DNA of 64,000 nucleotides from Candidatus Aenigmatarchaeota archaeon. GTDB taxonomy: Archaea > Aenigmatarchaeota > Aenigmatarchaeia > PWEA01 > JACQIF01. The position numbers were made by a program, and so were the translations under genes. The stretch is from the NCBI GenBank assembly GCA_016432325.1, contig CP066684.1:810770-874769 (forward strand), written 5' to 3'. The notes under the pieces are model-generated. The model was not told the DNA's origin. It saw only the letters and a program-made list of their open reading frames with translations, and searched no databases. This document shows, piece after piece, positions 57,259 to 64,000 of this stretch (position 1 is the stretch's first letter; the number at the start of each line of letters is the position of its first letter).

Positions 57259-57767
57259 CAGGATGCACCTACGTGTGCTATTTGGCGGACTTGCAAAATC
57301 GGCTCCGGCGTGCGAGTTCCCCCAGTATAGTACTCCCTCATCTCTTCGTGCAGTTTCGAGACGTCGCCTTCTCTCAACGCTTGCGTGGCCTCTCCTTTCC
57401 AGCTTTCGAGCGGCTGTGCCGCGGCCAGCGAACGCACGTCGCCCATGAGCGAGCGTGCGAGATCGTCCCTGCCAAGAACCTTGACCCCGGAGTTCATCCC
57501 CCAGTAGCCTCGTGAGTTTCGCGCATCGACGTTGCGCTCCGTGAAGTAGATGTCAACGAGTTTGCCGCCCATCACGACCTCATAGAACGTGTCCAGATTC
57601 TTGCGCACGTCTGTAATTCCGTACGCCGCGGGACGTGAGACAAGGACGCTTTCGAATCCCCTTACGACGCGGTCCACCATAGGAACGACAGTGAGGTCCA
57701 TCAGCTCTTCAAGTCCGCGGAACTGCGCGCGGAAATCCTTCACGCCGTATTCGAGCTTGCTCTCCAT
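57258..57767 (-). CDS. Orphan operon protein 6 (paralog of protein 5)
   Basis: AGGTG RBS; aligns with 57868-58374. Confidence 0.72.
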   Translation of the reverse strand: MESKLEYGVKDFRAQFRGLEELMDLTVVPMVDRVVRGFESVLVSRPAAYGITDVRKNLDTFYEVVMGGKLVDIYFTERNVDARNSRGYWGMNSGVKVLGRDDLARSLMGDVRSLAAAQPLESWKGEATQALREGDVSKLHEEMREYYTGGTRTPEPILQVRQIAHVGAS

Positions 57768-57867
57768 TTACACACCTACTCACGACTGAATAAAACGCCT
57801 TTCCATGCGTCGGGCCGCTGTGCCGTTACGAAGTGACGGCTAACGGAACCGCTGTTCCATGTGGCCG

Positions 57868-58374
57868 CTACGCGGGGACGGGTTGCAGCTTGAAGTGTTC
57901 CGAGACCTCCACCGCAAGCCAAGGGATTGAATACAATCCGCGTTCCCAGCGCGCGACTGCATCGGCGGCCAGAACCCCTATGTCCTGCTTTTCTGCAAAC
58001 CTTACCACGCCATTGTAAGCCCTGTTGACGCTGCGCTTGTATCCCTTGAACTCTATGCACTTGCGGACTTCGCGGACGTGGCTGGCGTCGAAACCGGCGA
58101 AGTCGTAGTCGACGTCTCCTCCGAGGTTCTTGTCTGGAAAGCGCATGTCTATCAGGCGACCGCCTACGACAATCTTGCAGCCGGAACCACCCATGTAAGG
58201 GCTGTAGTCTGTCGCGCCCAGGATGTTCGGCCTCGTCTTTACCTCTTCCCCCACCTTCCGCGCGAGGCTATCCATTATGGCTATAGACGTGGTCTCCTCT
58301 GCATTGCTTAACGATGGAAAAGCCCTATGGAGCTCTCCAATCCCGTAAACTCTTTTGAAGTCTCCATCGTCCAT
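57868..58374 (-). CDS. Orphan operon protein 5
   Basis: Abuts the upstream stop; paralog of protein 6. Confidence 0.72.
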   Translation of the reverse strand: MDDGDFKRVYGIGELHRAFPSLSNAEETTSIAIMDSLARKVGEEVKTRPNILGATDYSPYMGGSGCKIVVGGRLIDMRFPDKNLGGDVDYDFAGFDASHVREVRKCIEFKGYKRSVNRAYNGVVRFAEKQDIGVLAADAVARWERGLYSIPWLAVEVSEHFKLQPVPA

Positions 58375-59190
58375 TCACACCACGTTCCCCGTTACGTCAT
58401 CCAGCCTCTTCTGTTTCATATGGCCTCGCAGGAACTGTTCGAAAGGCTCCTCGTCCTCCTCTTCCCAAGAGTCGATGAGATAGAGACCCAGCGGGTTCTG
58501 CATCATCAGTATGGGATCTTTCTCGCGCATCTCGACCTTCACGGCGATGTCCTGCGGCCTCGGCTTCCACAGCACCAGCAGGCTTGCCTGCGTCGGGTCT
58601 GCGTGCCTATACCTGTCTGCGAGAAGCACTTCACCCAAGACCGGCGTCTCCAGCGCTTGCGCGTAGAGCGTATGCGTATACGCCAGAGCCTCGCGTCCTT
58701 GTTCGCGTATGGCAGTCGGTATGCGCGGCATCGGCGACACGAATGTCGCTTTGCTCTCTGTGTGGTTGTTGCTGGAGTCGGCGGCTATCCTGCCTTCTTC
58801 TCTCCATTCCGCGTCTTTGTCAAGGACGGCGCGGGCGAAGACCGGCACCTCCCACCTTTGGTATCCAGAGCCCGCGGCGGTCAGCACGGCACCGTACCGA
58901 TCTTTCCGCGTGACCGATGCCTTGCTCATATCGACGTCTATCATTCGCTTGAGATCCAGTATATCCGCGTCTATCGGTTGATAGTTCTCGTCCATGCGCA
59001 TCGTGAAGTACTCTTCTACAATTCCCTTTATCGCGGCTTCCTTTCTCTGCACCTCGCCTTTCAACGGCGTGAACTTCTGCGCCTCTTCGAGGGCCTTCAA
59101 AAGCTCTTCTGTCTTGTGGAGCCGTTTCGTGTCTATCCTGAGCCCCTCGACTATCTCTCTCGTCGGTTTCGTTTCCAACACTCCTTCCAT
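58375..59190 (-). CDS. Orphan operon protein 4 (coiled coil plus DPIL..YLIDSW C-terminus)
   Basis: AGGAGGTG RBS. Confidence 0.72.
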   Translation of the reverse strand: MEGVLETKPTREIVEGLRIDTKRLHKTEELLKALEEAQKFTPLKGEVQRKEAAIKGIVEEYFTMRMDENYQPIDADILDLKRMIDVDMSKASVTRKDRYGAVLTAAGSGYQRWEVPVFARAVLDKDAEWREEGRIAADSSNNHTESKATFVSPMPRIPTAIREQGREALAYTHTLYAQALETPVLGEVLLADRYRHADPTQASLLVLWKPRPQDIAVKVEMREKDPILMMQNPLGLYLIDSWEEEDEEPFEQFLRGHMKQKRLDDVTGNVV

Positions 59191-59203
59191 CCAAAACACC
59201 TCC

Positions 59204-59578
59204 TTATCTTCCAGTTCCCAGCAGCGGATCCACGCCCGCGTGGCTGTCCATGTACTCGCCTGCGACCGCGATGAACCACCGGACGCCTATCATGTAGTCC
59301 TCCTTGATGCGCGCGCCGTTGATGCGCGGGTCGTTCTCACGCGTAAACCCGCTCAAGTAGTCCAGCACTCTCAGGATGTCGCCGCCGCGCTCGCTCTTCC
59401 TCATCATCGCGGCCTGTTGACCTACGCGCTCCCAGTCGAGGCCCGCCTCTTCCGCGCCGCTCTTGGAAACCGCGTCCAGCTCGTCAAGGCATCTCTTCCC
59501 TTCCCCGTATTTCCTCTCGTCGATATTGTGCTCCTTCGCGATATCCAATGCTCTTTCGAACAATTGCGTTGCTTCCAT
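59204..59578 (-). CDS. Orphan operon protein 3
   Basis: GAGGAGGTG RBS. Confidence 0.72.
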   Translation of the reverse strand: MEATQLFERALDIAKEHNIDERKYGEGKRCLDELDAVSKSGAEEAGLDWERVGQQAAMMRKSERGGDILRVLDYLSGFTRENDPRINGARIKEDYMIGVRWFIAVAGEYMDSHAGVDPLLGTGR

Positions 59579-59597
59579 TCAAACACCTCCTCTATTT

Positions 59598-60200
59598 TCA
59601 CCACATGAAATGTTTCCTGATGTACGCAAAATCATGGCTCATGCGCGGTTTCATCTCTTCCGCTATGCCGAGCACAGACCGACGTTCCGCCTCGCTCATC
59701 GCCGGCAGTATCTTGTTCTTTACATTCGCCACCATCCTGTGCGGGACCGCCCAGCTCGATTGCATGGTCGGCGGACGAATGCTCTCCCAGAGCGTGTAGA
59801 GCTCGACCTCTTGGTGAGGCCTGTCGGGAGGAGAGCGTACCATGTACGGCGACGCCATCTTCACCACGCCGTCGAGTATGCGGCTTTCGATGCGCTTCCG
59901 GATTGTTTTCAGTTCACCTTCCAGAACCTCGAAAAGCTCGTGTTCGTAGGACATCGGATCTCCTTTGCCCCGCCTGTAGTCCGTTTGCCTTATCCTGTCG
60001 GCCTTCTCGCTCCCGCCATGCGCGAGGGTGGCATTCACGACCTCATCGAGAATGAACTCCTTCGGACTCGGTACGGTGTAGCGTTCGGTCATCGATTCGA
60101 CCAGCAGTGTTCGTAGGATATCCCTCCGGCGCTCGGATTCATGGAACTCCTTCTCGAATCGTTTCGCGCTCGCTGTCGTACTGACACTCATAATATCCAC
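59598..60200 (-). CDS. Orphan operon protein 2
   Basis: 200-aa ORF co-oriented with the cluster. Confidence 0.68.
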   Translation of the reverse strand: MDIMSVSTTASAKRFEKEFHESERRRDILRTLLVESMTERYTVPSPKEFILDEVVNATLAHGGSEKADRIRQTDYRRGKGDPMSYEHELFEVLEGELKTIRKRIESRILDGVVKMASPYMVRSPPDRPHQEVELYTLWESIRPPTMQSSWAVPHRMVANVKNKILPAMSEAERRSVLGIAEEMKPRMSHDFAYIRKHFMW

Positions 60201-60221
60201 CCGTGCTTGGCACCCATCGCT

Positions 60222-60368
60222 CTAGGTTTCCACCTCGACCACAGGCCAGCAGTGCGTGCGTTCCTCCCACATGTCGCGAAATTCTCTCAAACACTCTATC
60301 AGCTCCTCGACTTCATCGAAATTCTCCGGCTTTCTCAACAACAGTTGCATGTCGCGCACCTCCGTCAT
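60222..60368 (-). CDS. Orphan operon protein 1 (48 aa)
   Basis: MTEVRDMQLLL...; first ORF after the divergent promoter. Confidence 0.5.
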   Translation of the reverse strand: MTEVRDMQLLLRKPENFDEVEELIECLREFRDMWEERTHCWPVVEVET

Positions 60369-60462
60369 GTATAGGTGTTGTAGTTCAGATAACATTTTGG
60401 TGAAAAAGAACGTACACAGCGTTGTATTTCGTTTTATATACCGGCGCGGCAACAGGGAAGCG

Positions 60463-61311
60463 ATGTTCGACCCGAAGACGTCCAAAAAAATAAACGAGTT
60501 CGTCTACCAGAAGCCGCGGACCGTGCAGGAGGTCGCGCAGATGCTGAAGGTCAACTGGCGCACGGCCGAACGTTACGTCGAAAGGATAGCGCAGGAGGAG
60601 GGAATTCTCGCCGTCCGCACGTTCAGGGAGGGCACGCGCGGCGCGCTCAAGATAGTTTTCTGGAACAACGTCGAACGCATACACGCGACAGAAGCCCAGG
60701 AACTGCTTTTCAAGAGAATCGAGACCGGCTACCGCAAGGAAGACTTCAGCCCGTTTGACATCTACCAGTTCGTCGACGCGAAGAAAAAGAAGATGCGCAT
60801 CCTGACGGACAGGCAATACAACGCCGACGCGATAATCAAGGAGTACGCAAACCTTCTGCACTCCGCGAAATCGCAGGTCATGTTCTTCTCGGGGAACCTC
60901 ACGTTCAGCACGATGGCTTCCCACGACGAGAAGATTCTTTCCGCGATTGAGGAGCTGGCCGAGCAGAAAGTGGGTACCAAGATACTGACGCGCGTGGAAA
61001 TTCCGGGCCTCAAGAACATACAGAACGTTCTGGCGGCGAACGCGCGGGCCGGCTGGGACGCCGTGGAGGTGCGACACTGTTTCCAGCCGCTGCGCGCAAC
61101 AATCGTCGACAGCAGCGTCGCGTTTCTCAAGGAGAAGCTCTACCCGCAGAACTACGCCGACGGGGAGCTGAAGGAGAAACTCTATACGCTCTACTACGTC
61201 TACGACCCCGAGTGGATAGAGTGGCTGCAGAAGGTCTTCTGGCACTTCTTCAGGAATTCCGTGGACGCGAAGGTGCGCATCAAGGATTTGGCGGCGGCGA
61301 AAAGGGTCTGA
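60463..61311 (+). CDS. HTH transcriptional regulator with TrmB/PLD-like effector domain
   Basis: PRTVQEVAQMLKVNWRTAERY (HTH); LLHSAKSQV, RATIVD, VFWHFF. Confidence 0.75.
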   Translation: MFDPKTSKKINEFVYQKPRTVQEVAQMLKVNWRTAERYVERIAQEEGILAVRTFREGTRGALKIVFWNNVERIHATEAQELLFKRIETGYRKEDFSPFDIYQFVDAKKKKMRILTDRQYNADAIIKEYANLLHSAKSQVMFFSGNLTFSTMASHDEKILSAIEELAEQKVGTKILTRVEIPGLKNIQNVLAANARAGWDAVEVRHCFQPLRATIVDSSVAFLKEKLYPQNYADGELKEKLYTLYYVYDPEWIEWLQKVFWHFFRNSVDAKVRIKDLAAAKRV

Positions 61312-61353
61312 GCAAACTTATATGGATTCGCCGATCAACAGACTGGGGTTCGT

Positions 61354-61836
61354 ATGGTGGTGTGGCCGGGTTCCAAGACAGCGGCGTATGTGAAGACGCC
61401 TCCTGAAATTAAAATCAATCCGAATGGCGTCGACGTCGGAGTCTCTGAAGTCTGGCGCATCGACGACGGAACGCAGTCAACGATGCACGGAAAAATTCGC
61501 GAGACCGACGTGCCCAAGGTACAGGTGATTCCGGACGGAGAGTTCTTCGTTCTGCGGCGCGGCGTCTACGAGATTCGCTTGTCGAACGAGGTTTCGATTC
61601 CGCAGAATGCGATGGCTCTGATATTCCCGCGTTCGACGCTGAACCGTTTGGGAGTCATAGTGAGCACCACAGGAGTCGTCGACTCCGGATACAGCGGCTT
61701 TGCGACGCAGACATTAATCGTGCCCATCCAGACCATTCGAATACACAGGAACGAGAAATGGTTCCAGCTCGTCTTCATGGACGCGGAGGCGTCCGGAACG
61801 TACGCCGGCCACTGGCAGAACGAGAAGCCGGCGTGA
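61354..61836 (+). CDS. Trimeric dUTPase/dCTP deaminase family protein
   Basis: PNGVD, PRSTLNRLG, VDSGYSG, YAGHWQ. Confidence 0.88.
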   Translation: MVVWPGSKTAAYVKTPPEIKINPNGVDVGVSEVWRIDDGTQSTMHGKIRETDVPKVQVIPDGEFFVLRRGVYEIRLSNEVSIPQNAMALIFPRSTLNRLGVIVSTTGVVDSGYSGFATQTLIVPIQTIRIHRNEKWFQLVFMDAEASGTYAGHWQNEKPA

Positions 61837-61911
61837 CGCGCCGCGTCGTGCGTAAGCGTATTTTTCATGAAGGTTTTTGGCCGCTTACATATAGTTTAGG
61901 GGCCAAAAGGT

Positions 61912-62880
61912 TTAGGCGAACCCGAGCTTGAAAGCCAGTATGAATATCGCGAAGCCCAGCGACGTCAATATCATCGAGTGCTTCACACCCGCGAACACAG
62001 AGTCTTCTCCTATCTGGCCCGCGATGAGGCCGGAGAATATTCCCTGCACTACTATCATTGACATGAAGAGCGCGCGGTAGTACGATTCTATTCCCGTTCC
62101 CAATCCGAACACGCGCGCCAGCGCGTCGAAGAAGCCGCAGACCGCTCCTGTCGCGCCGCCTGTGACGCCTGCGCACGGGCCGCCTGCCGTAACGCCGAGG
62201 GTTGCCGCGCCGCCTGCGGTGAGGCCGGACAGCTCTCCTATTGGCGCGAGTACGCGCGTCAGGGAAATCACGATGACTATGAACATGAAATATATCAGGT
62301 ACATGATGAAGACTTGTTGCGACGTCTTGGCCTTGCGCTCTTTCTCGGCTTCCTTGATTATGGCCGCGTCGCTCGCGATAGTTTCCATTATTGCCGCGAC
62401 GTCCCCGCCGCTCTTGCGCGCCTCTATGATGATGCGCACAGAACGGTTTATCAGGTCGCTCTCCTTGACGCGCTTTGCGAACGCCAGAAGCGACTCGTCG
62501 AAGGGCACGCCCCACGTCATCTGGTAGTGCATCTTTTTGATTTCCGGAGTCAGGCGGCCGTAGTCAGCGTGCGTCGCCTGCTCTATCGCGGTCGAGAGGT
62601 TCATGCCGCTCTTGAGCGCTTCGACCAGGTCCCGCAGGAAGTTCGGTATCTGGTCCTCCATGTCGCGCACGTGCTTGACGCGGAAGTAGTTGTACAGGAA
62701 GTACGGGGCAGCCCCGACGATTATCGCGAAGAGCGTCGTCACGGCAAGAAGGCTCGTGTCTCCGAGAAACGCGACGGCGACGAACGAGACCATCAGCGCG
62801 CTGACTATCGGAGGTATGTTCTTGACATAGTCCAGCGTCGTCCAACCCTTGAACACGTCCTTTGTCAGGTCCATAATCAT
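61912..62880 (-). CDS. Type IV pilus platform protein (TadC/GspF-like)
   Basis: PNFLRDL, YGRLT.EI, EARKSGG. Confidence 0.88.
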   Translation of the reverse strand: MIMDLTKDVFKGWTTLDYVKNIPPIVSALMVSFVAVAFLGDTSLLAVTTLFAIIVGAAPYFLYNYFRVKHVRDMEDQIPNFLRDLVEALKSGMNLSTAIEQATHADYGRLTPEIKKMHYQMTWGVPFDESLLAFAKRVKESDLINRSVRIIIEARKSGGDVAAIMETIASDAAIIKEAEKERKAKTSQQVFIMYLIYFMFIVIVISLTRVLAPIGELSGLTAGGAATLGVTAGGPCAGVTGGATGAVCGFFDALARVFGLGTGIESYYRALFMSMIVVQGIFSGLIAGQIGEDSVFAGVKHSMILTSLGFAIFILAFKLGFA

Positions 62881-63767
62881 GCCCTCTTGGGCGAGACGCC
62901 CTTCAGTACGTAGATGAATCCAAGGGAGATGAGAGGCAGACCGACGAATATTACCAAGAACTGCAGTACTACGATTAGTTCTATGAGTCCGCCGCCGACG
63001 CCGAACGCGGACATTATGGCTGTCAGGACAATGAAGAATATCGAACCCACTATTATCAGGGTGAGATATATCTCGAGCATCGTTGAGAGGCGGTCGGAGA
63101 ACTCGTCGAGCCTTCGCCTGTAGTCCTGCATGTACGCTTTGGCGCGTTCGTGAAGATACTGCGCCATGTTGCCACCTGTCGTTATGGTCGTTATCATGCC
63201 CCACATCAGCTCCTTGAAATCGTCAGACGGGGACTTCTCTATGGTGCGCCTTATCGCTTCGACGAGGTCCATTCCGAAGACGTCCATGTTCCTCACTATC
63301 TTGGACGCCTCCCGGCTGACCTCTCCGAACTCACCGAACTCGGCTAGGACGCGGAACATTGTTTGCGGAGGCGCGTTCGAGCCTGCGGTGGTGGCCATGT
63401 AGAGCGTCGCAAAGGGCAGCGTGTAGTCTATGTCCCGCTTGCGCCTCGAGACGACCATAGACGGGTAGAAGAAGAACAGGGCGAATATCGCGCCTGACAA
63501 CGCGACGGCGACGGTTATCGAGAAGAGTATCTGCGCCATCAGCGTGAAGCCGCTTATGAAAGAGAAGATGAAAGCGATTAACGGCAGCTCTACGACGAAA
63601 AGGAGGAGCGTGGACATGAGGGCAACAGAAACGTACTCGCGTACGCTCATGTCTATGTTGGCTTTCTGCAGGTCGGGCTTGAGGCTTTCGAAGTTGGCTA
63701 TGTGGCTCTCGATGAGCGGGCCGAAGAAGCCGTAGGCGAGCTTCTTGTAGGATGTAAGAACGTCCAT
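62877..63767 (-). CDS. Type IV pilus platform protein (TadB/GspF-like)
   Basis: LPFATLYM, FGEVSRE, SPSDDFKE, TTGG. Confidence 0.88.
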   Translation of the reverse strand: MDVLTSYKKLAYGFFGPLIESHIANFESLKPDLQKANIDMSVREYVSVALMSTLLLFVVELPLIAFIFSFISGFTLMAQILFSITVAVALSGAIFALFFFYPSMVVSRRKRDIDYTLPFATLYMATTAGSNAPPQTMFRVLAEFGEFGEVSREASKIVRNMDVFGMDLVEAIRRTIEKSPSDDFKELMWGMITTITTGGNMAQYLHERAKAYMQDYRRRLDEFSDRLSTMLEIYLTLIIVGSIFFIVLTAIMSAFGVGGGLIELIVVLQFLVIFVGLPLISLGFIYVLKGVSPKRA

Positions 63768-63847
63768 GCTACGTGTTTTGTAGCCGTATTATAAAAGGCT
63801 AGCCGGCGTCTCCAAGGTTTATTAACCCGCCCTAGCAATATCGTGCG

Positions 63848-64000
63848 ATGAACAGCCGTTTCTTCGCGCTGGCGCTAGTGTTCCTCTTGGCTTCGCCCTT
63901 GGTTCTGGCCCAGGTCTCCCATCCGGCTTCCGAGTTGACGCCCGGAACGTTCTCGTCAGGCGACTACCGGCTCACCGGAATAATGTACTACGGACCCTCG
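63848..64000 (+). CDS. Secreted protein, N-terminus only (runs off the window)
   Basis: Signal peptide MNSRFFALALVFLLASPLVLA followed by HPASELTPGTF. Confidence 0.65.
   Translation, partial: MNSRFFALALVFLLASPLVLAQVSHPASELTPGTFSSGDYRLTGIMYYGPS

Noticed and set aside
56677-60368. Intact provirus
   Set aside because: Under 4 kb, with no capsid, terminase, integrase or att repeats seen.
1-64000. CRISPR array
   Set aside because: No regularly spaced identical repeats with unique spacers; the hairpin repeats are dispersed and divergent.
1-64000. Transposase, integrase or reverse transcriptase that could mobilise the modules or a DGR
   Set aside because: No HUH/Y1, DDE, tyrosine-recombinase or YxDD motifs were recognised in any ORF. 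Such an enzyme must be elsewhere if it exists.

Overview
GC-rich archaeal chromosome segment, most likely DPANN-type (inferred from gene content and compact, mostly leaderless genes; taxonomy is not proven). The backbone is information-processing genes: beta-CASP RNase, ybaK-tyrS-serS, topA, fibrillarin, HemK-type MTase, AlaX, Hel308, smc/scpA/scpB, DRG-like GTPase, trmJ, endA, top6AB, Dim2-KH, aIF-1A, NMD3, NAC and TatD. It also carries five class III signal-peptide (pilin-like) genes, two TadB/C-type genes, a RelE toxin-antitoxin pair, many single orphan ORFs and a 7-gene orphan operon. The main non-coding result: 7 of 8 tRNA genes carry 13 introns (27-138 nt; five at T-loop position 59/60). 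Many are built from the same short hairpin modules (called A-D here) that also sit in ordinary intergenic spacers. These modules occur in either orientation, are sometimes nested in each other, and are often bracketed by 5-12 bp direct repeats that re-create TATA boxes, start codons or tRNA ends. The tRNA splicing endonuclease in the window has Ala in place of the catalytic Lys and a Lys-rich loop insertion. Together this suggests a mobile mini-hairpin / tRNA-intron system (inference). No transposase, integrase, reverse transcriptase, rRNA or CRISPR array was seen. All calls were made by eye, without database searches.
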